DNA from: a virus
DNA length: 64,000 nt
IMG/VR virus record: IMGVR_UViG_3300032116_000057
Span: 1-64,000 of that record
Reading direction: 5' to 3' (one strand)
Shown here: in pieces, positions 56,063-64,000 of the stretch
How positions within the stretch are numbered: position 1 is the stretch's first letter
How the letters are laid out: every line of letters begins with the position of its first letter
Notes under the pieces: generated by a model
Told to the model about the DNA's origin: nothing
Database searches by the model: none
What the model saw: only the letters and a program-made list of their open reading frames with translations
Program-made: the position numbers and the translations under genes

Positions 56063-56645
56063 CGTTCATCCTAATTTTAATTAGGAGTTCTAAGTCTTCT
56101 AAAGTTCCCCCATTGACAATGGTATGGTCTGGAGTAAATCCGTCCAACTCAGTCTCTGATATGTGAGAATTTACTGCTTCTACTCCAGGGCGTACAACTC
56201 TCCAGAGCTGCCCCTCAAACCGCTCAATATAATTTGCTTCGTTGGTAAAACGAACATCAGTAACAACGATTCTTTCTGATGGGTGCATGTCAGATAAGGC
56301 GGCTTGAATCCAAAAGTCTTCATTAAAAACTTTACGGGCAGATACTCCCAAGTCTTGTAATAAACGCCTTACTTGATTCTCCTGCTTAGCTTTATCCCAA
56401 CCAACAAGATCTACTAAGTCTTTTAGATAACCTGTTGGGCTGCAAGCAACCAGGGGATTTACGTCGTACAAAAACTCTCTGATCTTATCTGCAAAAGCGA
56501 CACGTCTATATCCATACTTCTCTACAAGAATGTTTGCTACAGTATCTTTACCCGACTGAGCATAACCTGTTAGTCCAATTAACTTATAGGATCTTCTAAT
56601 ACCAAGCTCTTCATCAGTAAATAAAGCCATTTGTTCCCAAGTCAT
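56046..56645 (-). CDS. Deoxynucleoside monophosphate kinase
   Basis: IGLTGYAQSGKDT, FADKIR, RRLLQ.LG, DVRF.NE, H.SE. Confidence 0.9.
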   Translation of the reverse strand: MTWEQMALFTDEELGIRRSYKLIGLTGYAQSGKDTVANILVEKYGYRRVAFADKIREFLYDVNPLVACSPTGYLKDLVDLVGWDKAKQENQVRRLLQDLGVSARKVFNEDFWIQAALSDMHPSERIVVTDVRFTNEANYIERFEGQLWRVVRPGVEAVNSHISETELDGFTPDHTIVNGGTLEDLELLIKIRMNDAIAI

Positions 56646-56653
56646 GTGTCCTC

Positions 56654-57151
56654 CTAAGGTAATAGCCAGGTACTTCTACCTGCAGCTTTGTTTATATTAA
56701 CTCTACGAGTAATCTCTCTATTGATTAGAGCAATATCTTTTGATAAGCGGTCAGAGATAATCTTTATAAGGCCGCAATAATTTGATAGTTCTTGCAAAGC
56801 ATCCGCTTTGTTTCGGTACTCCTCATCCAACTCAATCTCTGCGTCAATCATGGCCACTGCCTTGCCAGAACCCTTGAGGGATAATTTTTTTTCAGCCCTA
56901 ACTATGCTAAGAACTTTTTCGCCTTCTGCTTTATCTACTTCTGCACACCAAAGCTGTAGGTTTATAAACTCTAAATAAGCAACATACTTTGTGTATAAAT
57001 CCATAACTTCTTCTTCCATCATACCTGTGATGTCTGATGGTAATGCTGGAGCGTCATAACCAAAACGTTCGTTAACTAATAAGCCTTGATTCTTTAACGC
57101 CTGAATAGTTCTACTACTGGCCTCAGCTACCTTTAATTCAATAGGGCTCAT
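56654..57151 (-). CDS. UvsY-like recombination mediator (tentative)
   Basis: Helical protein with AEIELDEEY motif near RecA. Confidence 0.4.
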   Translation of the reverse strand: MSPIELKVAEASSRTIQALKNQGLLVNERFGYDAPALPSDITGMMEEEVMDLYTKYVAYLEFINLQLWCAEVDKAEGEKVLSIVRAEKKLSLKGSGKAVAMIDAEIELDEEYRNKADALQELSNYCGLIKIISDRLSKDIALINREITRRVNINKAAGRSTWLLP

Positions 57152-58029
57152 GCTTCTCCTCCTCTAAAAGGTGCACATCTCTTACACCCAACTACTGGGT
57201 TAATACTACACACTGGTGGTCGGTTGTTGTCAACTGCCCAGGAAACATCCATAGCCTTATCAAAAATATCTTTGGTGTACTCGGGGTTATATTGAACTGT
57301 AAATTCTTTATAGTCTTGACTTGATTTAAGTTCATAGATAAATACAATCTCTGTTGGCGCAGAATCTAAAAGACCTTCTGCAACCATTAAATGACATAAA
57401 TGTAGGTATACCTGCCCCTGCAACTGGTGGCTTCTAAATGGAGACTTGATATTCTTCCAGGCTTTTTCTACATCTCCGTCGGCCTCTGCTAGTAAATACG
57501 GGGCTTCAAAACGAAGAGTCCCAGGACCTATTGATTTAATCTCAATAAGAAAATCGGGCCCTAATCCCTTAACCCAACCATCTGCTTTTCCAGAAATCTT
57601 ATGCTTAGCGCTGTGTAGAGGAACTTCTGCATAGTCAACACTTGGGTGAATATCTTTTGATAAAGCCCAACTTGTTCCAGTTTTATCTTTCCACGTACCG
57701 TACAAGTTTCCCATTTCGGCAATCCATGTTTGCCATTTAGTGTGAATGTAGTTACCTTCAGCAAAAATAGATGCCTGTCTAAGAGTTAACTTATCCCGCA
57801 CTTCTACATAATTTCCACGTAGTGCGTGATAAGCAGCTAAGGCACACCACTCTATCTTTACTAGATCAGATGGGTGAAGTACGTCATGATTACGTTCATC
57901 AAAAGGCTTTGCAAGTATGTGGCGCTCTAAAGCACCTACAAGCTTTGTTTCTCGCTTCTTTGTATTAAGGAAGCTTTTTAGCTCCTTGTTTTGTATCGCC
58001 TTTTTTACCACGTTTGTCCTCCGAATCAA
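57148..58029 (-). CDS. Cas4-like / RecB-family exonuclease
   Basis: HPS..C, G..IH, G.ADG, IEIKS, Q...Y, C-terminal C..C..C. Confidence 0.85.
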   Translation of the reverse strand: MIRRTNVVKKAIQNKELKSFLNTKKRETKLVGALERHILAKPFDERNHDVLHPSDLVKIEWCALAAYHALRGNYVEVRDKLTLRQASIFAEGNYIHTKWQTWIAEMGNLYGTWKDKTGTSWALSKDIHPSVDYAEVPLHSAKHKISGKADGWVKGLGPDFLIEIKSIGPGTLRFEAPYLLAEADGDVEKAWKNIKSPFRSHQLQGQVYLHLCHLMVAEGLLDSAPTEIVFIYELKSSQDYKEFTVQYNPEYTKDIFDKAMDVSWAVDNNRPPVCSINPVVGCKRCAPFRGGEA

Positions 58030-58330
58030 GCCACTGGTCTAAGCTTAAACCCTTGGCGGTATACCGACGCTTAGCTGCATTTCTTTCTCTATGAGACATG
58101 CCGCCAAAAATTCCATGTAGTTCATCATTAATGATAGCTTCCTTTAAACATTCTCTACGTACAGGGCACGGAGGTCTCCCATCTTTGCCCCAGCAAATAG
58201 CCTTAGCTTTGTCTGCTATCTCTTTATATAAAGTTTTGTCTCGTGGCGGAAAAAATATTTCCGTATCTTCTCCTCGGCACTTAGCCTCATATCTCCACGC
58301 CCAAGACACTCTGTCCTGGTATTCGTCCAT
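57965..58330 (-). CDS. whiB: WhiB family Fe-S transcription factor
   Basis: W...AKC...D.EIFFP, AKAIC..CPVRREC, GIFGG.S..ER. Confidence 0.93.
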   Translation of the reverse strand: MDEYQDRVSWAWRYEAKCRGEDTEIFFPPRDKTLYKEIADKAKAICWGKDGRPPCPVRRECLKEAIINDELHGIFGGMSHRERNAAKRRYTAKGLSLDQWLDSEDKRGKKGDTKQGAKKLP

Positions 58331-58647
58331 CAGTCTCCCACTATTAAGTTGTGCAGCTCAAAAAAATCCTCCTCTAATAGGACTACATAATTCTCACCGT
58401 CTAGGTGTAATCCTAGCACTGGTTTACGACTATCCAGGATCGCCTCTTTGGTGATCTTCTTGAGCACTTCAGACTTAATGGTGACCTGTTTTTTTCCAGT
58501 CCACTTATGCTCTATGAGGAGGCTGTCGTTTCTTACATCCCCTTTACGAGACCAAAACGCCCCCGAAGCAGCACTGCGTTGCCCGCCTATTTTTTTGGCT
58601 AGCCTCTTCTCGTGCTTTAGGGACTCTTTTTTACCCCTACTCTCCAT
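58330..58647 (-). CDS. PD-(D/E)xK nuclease (resolvase-like)
   Basis: HEKR, ASGA...KGDV, IEHK. Confidence 0.7.
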   Translation of the reverse strand: MESRGKKESLKHEKRLAKKIGGQRSAASGAFWSRKGDVRNDSLLIEHKWTGKKQVTIKSEVLKKITKEAILDSRKPVLGLHLDGENYVVLLEEDFFELHNLIVGD

Positions 58648-59692
58648 CGAGCATCAAGATTGGCTTGGTCTTAAGAGTATCCATAACAGCCCGGCTAATC
58701 TCCTGCTGTAGGTCAACTTCTTCTCGCAGAGAGTCTAGGAGGGCTTGGGTACCCTGCCACTTACGCTCTCCGTAATACATCCAACCTCCACGGCGGTCTA
58801 CGATCCCATTTAGAATCGATAAAGCAACAATCTCTTTAGCAGAATCATAATGACCTGCATCGATTGCCCCACCGTCCGAAAAATAAAAGTCTAGGTACGC
58901 CGTTTGTTGCGGTGGAAAGGTTTTGTTTTTGATGGTCCGAACGCGAATAGTTTGTCCAACACGTCGCTTATCTTGTCCAGTACCGACTTCGAGCCACTCG
59001 TCTCGTTTGACTTCACAACGAATCGAGTATGCGTAGTCTTTGCCGAGTCCTCCCGGCGTTGTACGCGGGTCACCGTGCATCACTCCGATCTTCATTCTAT
59101 ATTGGTTGATCATAATTCCTAAGATTGGGCGTTCGTCTTCGACGAGATCGCGCTTTGTAGCAGCTGCAACCTTACGGAAGAACTTATTTGTAAGCATAGC
59201 TCCGCGTCCGACCGTAAACTCCTCCATAGTTTTCTCATCCTCAGCCGAGGGTACAAGAGCAGGTAAAGAGTCGATGACAACCATGTCAACAGACTTAGAC
59301 TCACAAAACTGAATAACAGCGTCAAATGCATCCTCCATACTATTTGTTTCTACAATCAGTACCCTAGAGGTATCGACTCCGCACATCTGTGCGTATTCTG
59401 CGTCAAAGTTTTCAGCAGCTACCCATACAGCAGTAAAGTCTGCATTTGCTTTTTGATTAGCTGCAATAGTTTTCAGCGCAATAGCTGTCTTGCCGTGAGA
59501 TGCCTCACCAACTACTTCAACCCAATGATTCATAGGCCAGCCCCCACCTAGAACTACGTCAAGTGTAAGAGAACCGGTAGTAATTCTTTTAGGTAATCTC
59601 ATTTCTGAGGCAGTAACTACGGTGTTGTTTCCTAGTTTTTTGTTAATAGATGCCGCAATTTTTAGTGCATCTGAATTAATTGTCATGGTCAT
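58637..59692 (-). CDS. recA: RecA-like recombinase
   Basis: TGSL.LD..LGGG.P, GEASHGKT, VIDS, INQ.R.KIGVM.GDP.TTPGG. Confidence 0.95.
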   Translation of the reverse strand: MTMTINSDALKIAASINKKLGNNTVVTASEMRLPKRITTGSLTLDVVLGGGWPMNHWVEVVGEASHGKTAIALKTIAANQKANADFTAVWVAAENFDAEYAQMCGVDTSRVLIVETNSMEDAFDAVIQFCESKSVDMVVIDSLPALVPSAEDEKTMEEFTVGRGAMLTNKFFRKVAAATKRDLVEDERPILGIMINQYRMKIGVMHGDPRTTPGGLGKDYAYSIRCEVKRDEWLEVGTGQDKRRVGQTIRVRTIKNKTFPPQQTAYLDFYFSDGGAIDAGHYDSAKEIVALSILNGIVDRRGGWMYYGERKWQGTQALLDSLREEVDLQQEISRAVMDTLKTKPILMLDGE

Positions 59693-60078
59693 TACCCGAT
59701 CCTATCTACGATTACAGTGGGGTTGAATCCGCTTCCTTGTGCTGGTTGTTTTGCTGGAGTTACTGGACCTTCGGACCCGGTACCACCAACACCGCTACCA
59801 GCTTGAACTAATGGGTAGCCGCAATCATAGCAGCGTTTACGTTGAGTGCCTTGAGGCGCCATGTAATTTCCTGATGTACAGTTTGGACAACGTTCAGTAT
59901 CTCTTGCGCTAGCAGCTCTAGTAACTAGCTGATCTTGGTTTGGATCGTAAGAAACTTGAACGTTAGGTTGCTGGGTAGTGGGGCGGTATACATTGCCCGG
60001 CAATGGACTTGTTGGAGGTGTAGTAGGTACGGCGTTTGGATTACCTAATTTTTTGTTCCACCAATTTGCATTACTCAT
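59692..60078 (-). CDS. Zn-ribbon hypothetical protein
   Basis: CPNC.SGNY..RCYDCGYP. Confidence 0.65.
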   Translation of the reverse strand: MSNANWWNKKLGNPNAVPTTPPTSPLPGNVYRPTTQQPNVQVSYDPNQDQLVTRAASARDTERCPNCTSGNYMAPQGTQRKRCYDCGYPLVQAGSGVGGTGSEGPVTPAKQPAQGSGFNPTVIVDRIG

Positions 60079-60520
60079 AGTCTTCCTCATCTACTAATAG
60101 CTTTGAGTCAATTAATCCTAATGAAAATAGAGTTGATACGCAAGAGACCGCAGCCGATAGAGATACCAGTCTAAATAATTCGTGAAGTTGGGCTGCATCC
60201 TTTTCGCTCAAAGCGTCAGGATCTCCTGAGGAATCATCCAACATATACGCTGCAGTAGTTATCTTTGCACATAAATCTGCATGAGAATCAATTAGGGGCA
60301 GTAGTGCTCCCATCCTAGAAAGTCTAGCTTGACTATCTTGTTCTTCCATTTCTGAGACTTCGTCGGAGATGGGAGGTAGGCCCATTGCATCAGCTATACC
60401 TTCAGGAGGAGTAAGCATAGTGTCGTAAATAACTTGTCGCATAAGCACTGGAAGAGGAACCTGCGTTACTGTAATCCTTTTCTTCTTACGTCTAAATAGC
60501 CTCACTTTGCCTCTCCCCAT
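60071..60520 (-). CDS. Hypothetical protein
   Basis: Operon ORF. Confidence 0.55.
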   Translation of the reverse strand: MGRGKVRLFRRKKKRITVTQVPLPVLMRQVIYDTMLTPPEGIADAMGLPPISDEVSEMEEQDSQARLSRMGALLPLIDSHADLCAKITTAAYMLDDSSGDPDALSEKDAAQLHELFRLVSLSAAVSCVSTLFSLGLIDSKLLVDEEDYE

Positions 60521-62478
60521 CTATTTACTACCTTTACATCTGCTAACAAAGGTATGTTCAATGCTTTGATGCCTTCCATAGCTTGACGAATTGCTTCAGC
60601 TGTTTGCTCAGCAACATCTGCTGGCGTTACTGTAACTAACTCATCGTGTACCGTAAGAATAAGGCCTGCCCCTTCCGGGATCATTTTGTTAGCCCTAATC
60701 ATAGCAAGTTTAATTAGGTCAGCTGCCGACCCCTGTATAACCGTGTTAAAAGCTTGACGTTCAGCACGAGAACGCTTCCAAATTTCTGAGGATCTAAGAT
60801 CAGGCAAATACCTGCGCCTCTTTAAAAGAGTGCTGGCGTAAGGTATGGGAGACTGACGCTTGCTTTCAGCTATAACTAGTCGTTTATACCTAGAAACAGA
60901 GGGAAACTTTCTGGAAAACTCATCAAGTAATTCTTTTGCTTCCGATAAAGAACACCCAATCGATGTAGAGATTTTATCTGGGCCAACACCGTAAGCTAGG
61001 GATAAGACAAGAACCTTTCCAGCTTTTCTATCTACACCCATAGTATCTCCGATAGTGGTATAGATATCCTCCCCGTTAAGATATGCCTCGCACATAATAC
61101 GGTCCCCACTAAAGGATGCAATAACTCTAGGCTCAATCTGACTATAGTCAGCAACAACTAGCTGATGACCTTCTGGCGCTACAAACAGATTTCTAATAGC
61201 TTTTCCATTGGCGGTGTGTGGTGCTGGCACATTTTGTAGGTTTGGATTTCTACTAGAAAATCGACCTGTCTCTGCCCCATACTGAACAAAGTCTGTATGA
61301 ATTCGGCCTTTATTAAGCAAAGCCTTCTTAGCAACAATCTTTGATTTGCCGCCTAAAGTTCTAGTTATATCCCCACCAAGGTAGGGAATCACATAGGTAG
61401 TCAACAACTTATTTAAATCAGAGTACTGAATAAGGCTATCTACTAACTCATCCTTACCAGCAAAAGCCTGTAGAGCCGGCTCAGCAACTGAGTAGTCGGC
61501 AACTGTTGGTGTAAGACCCTGATCGATTCTCTTCTGTCCTGCCGGAGTTAATACCTTTGGCTTTAGTCCTCGTCCCCCAACTGTTTTGGGAGAATACAAA
61601 AGCTTTTGTTTTTCTGGAACACTGTTGATATTAAAAGCTTTGCCGGCATTTTTATATATATCTGCCTTAGTTTGTTCTAGCTGCTCTTCTAAGTTAATCT
61701 TAAGAGAAGAAAGCTCACTAACATCGATGTCTGCTCCCCGCAGCTCCATGTTGCAAATAACCTCTAGTACGTCCATCTCTAAAGCAAAAATACCTTGTAA
61801 TCCATCAATTTTTAAACGATCTGAGTAGTTTAAGTAAAGCTTCCAGGTCCACTCGGCATCCAAGGCTGAGTATTTAGCAACCTCATCAAAGCTGTGAGAC
61901 TCTACGTGAGCTCCGACTCCCTTAACCATATTGTATTTAAACTCACGCTCAAGGCAATCGTCAAGACCTAAACTGTTGCGAACTTGGTTATCTAATATAA
62001 ACGCTGCATTAAGGGTACAAGCGTAAGGCTGTGCAGGTAACTGCCCCAAATACTTTGTAATGCTTTGTAGATCAAACTTTAAGTTATGACCGACTTTAAT
62101 CTTGTCACTTAAAAATAATGGTTTCAATGCTGAAAAGACTTCAGCTGGAGTTAATTGCTTGGGTGGCTCACTAAAGATGCGCTTAGCCTTACGTTCATCT
62201 TTACTGTAATCGATAGGACGAAGCTCTAGTCCTTTAAGCACTCGTGCGTGTGCGGAAGGCAGTAGTGGATATTCAACACGCAAAAAATCTCCGTTGGGAT
62301 GTCCCATAGGTATGACATCTACTCTGTCATGTGTTGCTAAAGATATCCATACAACAACGTTTTGTCGTGGATCTCCTCTGTGATCGCCCATGCTCTCGAC
62401 GTCAAATGCAAAAGCATCTACTTGTTCATAGGCTGAAACTAATTCTTGTAACTGTTTAGTGGTCGTAATAATATTCAT
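60502..62478 (-). CDS. polA: Family A DNA polymerase with 3'-5' exonuclease
   Basis: FDVE, HNLKFD, Y...D exo motifs; TGRFSS..PNLQN, DYSQIE.R, R..GK.L..SL.YG, VHDE. Confidence 0.95.
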   Translation of the reverse strand: MNIITTTKQLQELVSAYEQVDAFAFDVESMGDHRGDPRQNVVVWISLATHDRVDVIPMGHPNGDFLRVEYPLLPSAHARVLKGLELRPIDYSKDERKAKRIFSEPPKQLTPAEVFSALKPLFLSDKIKVGHNLKFDLQSITKYLGQLPAQPYACTLNAAFILDNQVRNSLGLDDCLEREFKYNMVKGVGAHVESHSFDEVAKYSALDAEWTWKLYLNYSDRLKIDGLQGIFALEMDVLEVICNMELRGADIDVSELSSLKINLEEQLEQTKADIYKNAGKAFNINSVPEKQKLLYSPKTVGGRGLKPKVLTPAGQKRIDQGLTPTVADYSVAEPALQAFAGKDELVDSLIQYSDLNKLLTTYVIPYLGGDITRTLGGKSKIVAKKALLNKGRIHTDFVQYGAETGRFSSRNPNLQNVPAPHTANGKAIRNLFVAPEGHQLVVADYSQIEPRVIASFSGDRIMCEAYLNGEDIYTTIGDTMGVDRKAGKVLVLSLAYGVGPDKISTSIGCSLSEAKELLDEFSRKFPSVSRYKRLVIAESKRQSPIPYASTLLKRRRYLPDLRSSEIWKRSRAERQAFNTVIQGSAADLIKLAMIRANKMIPEGAGLILTVHDELVTVTPADVAEQTAEAIRQAMEGIKALNIPLLADVKVVNRWGEAK

Positions 62479-62494
62479 GGGTCTCCTGTTTAAG

Positions 62495-62546
62495 TGTTAG
62501 GAGCCGGGGAAGAGAAAGGAGGTTAAACAAAACCCGGCTCCTAACA
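62495..62546 (-). promoter_or_regulatory. 14-bp hairpin with anti-SD loop upstream of polA
   Basis: tgttaggagccggg / cccggctcctaaca; loop contains ACCTCCTTTCT on the mRNA strand. Confidence 0.55.
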
Positions 62547-62557
62547 ACGATGATTGG

Positions 62558-63268
62558 TTATGCCTGTCCAGCTAGTTCTCGAGCTACCTCTTCCAACTCG
62601 GACTTACTCGGGATGTAGAGGGCATCCGGGCCAAGTGGCTTGAGGGGTTTAATTAGCTCTGCAGCTGCGACAGGGTCGATGTCCCAGTCATCAGCAAGAT
62701 CGCGCTCTTTAACAGGAGTAATAGAGTACGCGGTCTTGGTTCCAGTACCAGACTTGCTCACTGCCCAGTAAAGATCTGAGCGGTCAAGTGGTCCAGTCTT
62801 TTTATCCATGTGCAACTTCTCAAGTTGTCCACATAGACGAACGCCAACAATCATCAACTGAAGTTGTGGTTCTTCTTCAGATAGATTTAGAACAGTAAAA
62901 GCAAACTTCTGTGAAGGTACGCTTCCTACTGCGATTAATGGATCTCCTTCTCCAATACTAATGAATGATTTTTTTCCTTGACGATTTACCCAATGCTGCA
63001 TAAAAGTCATTGGCTCTCCAGAAATAAATTTGATTAGCTTAACGTCTTCTTCAAATCTAAAATCAGTAGCGTACTTCTGATTAGATTTAGCTACTGCTTT
63101 CTTTGCAGCAGCCCAACCACTTTGGATTGAAGAAGAGCGATTAGTTGTATCGTTTTCATCTTCTTGGGTAAAAATTTCCTCCAGCTCAGATGCTGAAGGT
63201 GTGTGAGGTTGTGCGTCAACATAACTGTCTAAGTTAGGTGTTTCTGTCTTTTCAATTCGAATACCCAT
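62558..63268 (-). CDS. Single-stranded DNA-binding protein (gp32-like, tentative)
   Basis: IKF....P..F.QHWV, SK.G.G.KT.Y; adjacent to polA. Confidence 0.65.
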   Translation of the reverse strand: MGIRIEKTETPNLDSYVDAQPHTPSASELEEIFTQEDENDTTNRSSSIQSGWAAAKKAVAKSNQKYATDFRFEEDVKLIKFISGEPMTFMQHWVNRQGKKSFISIGEGDPLIAVGSVPSQKFAFTVLNLSEEEPQLQLMIVGVRLCGQLEKLHMDKKTGPLDRSDLYWAVSKSGTGTKTAYSITPVKERDLADDWDIDPVAAAELIKPLKPLGPDALYIPSKSELEEVARELAGQA

Positions 63269-63319
63269 TCTGGGGTACTCCTTTCATAGGATCATAGGAT
63301 CATTGGTCATAGGTCAAAT

Positions 63320-63790
63320 TCAAGAAACGGCTGTTTCTTGAGAGTGAATCTTACTCCATTTTTCCATCAACTCAATTGATAGATCTGGATATCGATTCCA
63401 ATCAACCCGAGGGGCTCCTAAGAGCTCTCTAGATTGAAAGCTTTCAATGGTGGTTTCAATAATTGCTCTGCTGTACATCCGCCATCCTGGCTTCTTTACA
63501 CCATCTACAATCACTGACTTAAGTCTATAGGGTGCACGAGGTATGTACCCCTTACGTTCCCACAACCTAAGCGTAACCAGCGGTCTGTTTAGCGCCAGGG
63601 ACAGAGCCCCGGCACTGAACAATTCTATACTCTTTCCGTTAGGAAGAGTCTTCAGTTGGGGCTCTGAATCCCAGGCAGTAGACAGCTGTTTTACAGGTTT
63701 AGCGTTAGGGTTTGGTTCCCGACGCTTACGTTTTGATCCCGGATAGTAATCGTCCAGGTCACTAAACAGTTTGTCTACTTCGTCGCTCAT
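63320..63790 (-). CDS. MerR-like HTH DNA-binding protein
   Basis: FSAGALSLALNR..VTLRLWERKG.IP...R.Y. Confidence 0.75.
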   Translation of the reverse strand: MSDEVDKLFSDLDDYYPGSKRKRREPNPNAKPVKQLSTAWDSEPQLKTLPNGKSIELFSAGALSLALNRPLVTLRLWERKGYIPRAPYRLKSVIVDGVKKPGWRMYSRAIIETTIESFQSRELLGAPRVDWNRYPDLSIELMEKWSKIHSQETAVS

Positions 63791-64000
63791 GATTTACTTG
63801 TAATAAACGCCCACGTAATTTTCTTTGGAAACATAGCGTCCACATCTTCCTCTGTGAGTTTTCCCTCATAGAGTGCAGCCATAACCTCATCCTCAGCAAC
63901 TGTTGGGATAGGCTTGATACAGCGATCTGCTAATCCTTTTTGAGTAAGAATTAGAATTGCTGCATCCATATCAAGACTTTGTGAAACTCTGCGTTCCCGC
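63787..64000 (-). CDS. Hypothetical protein, C-terminal part
   Basis: Frame open to window edge; EDEVMAALYEG.LTEEDVD.MF. Confidence 0.55.
   Translation of the reverse strand, partial: RERRVSQSLDMDAAILILTQKGLADRCIKPIPTVAEDEVMAALYEGKLTEEDVDAMFPKKITWAFITSKS

Noticed and set aside
57148-58029. Cas4 as part of a CRISPR system
   Set aside because: No cas1/cas2 or array; it sits among recombination genes as a solo phage exonuclease
1-64000. Prophage boundaries, integrase, IS elements, inteins
   Set aside because: No host genes, att site or transposase seen; TerL, PolA, RecA and RNR have normal lengths

Overview
64 kb of a large, roughly 40-45% GC tailed dsDNA phage genome (Caudoviricetes). The host is very probably a low-GC actinobacterium such as freshwater acI/Nanopelagicales. 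Support: WhiB, an actinobacterial-type CxxC..FCxHH protein, an MSMEG_6728-like glycosylase, AGAAAGG ribosome-binding sites matching the actinobacterial 16S 3' end, and apparent leaderless starts. Layout: (i) 1-25074, minus-strand virion block (fibres/collagens, N4-gp56-type capsid, scaffold, portal, terminase, PASTA protein, proteasome-beta-like protease, KTSC). (ii) 25370-37890, plus-strand early block (small unknown ORFs, MoxR-type AAA+/vWA pair, pyrimidine-dimer glycosylase, DUF1281, HicA-like) with large intergenic gaps. (iii) 37973-64000, mostly minus-strand nucleotide and replication block (class II RNR, TGT-like/HAD-like/nucleotidyltransferase operon, SpoVS, dNMP kinase, Cas4-like, WhiB, RecA, PolA, SSB) with an embedded plus-strand surface-protein/lysis cassette. 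Two signals stand out. First, the first 1.5 kb of the early block (about 25140-26685) contains none of nine 4-bp palindromes, which marks it as probable first-injected, restriction-evading DNA. Second, the early-block gaps are filled with at least six 120-270 nt structured RNAs, several closed by long G-U-containing stems, plus two covarying copies of a small H-type pseudoknot. Together these are a candidate uncharacterised phage early ncRNA / anti-defence system. No tRNA, CRISPR array, integrase or reverse transcriptase was seen. All annotation is by eye, without database searches.
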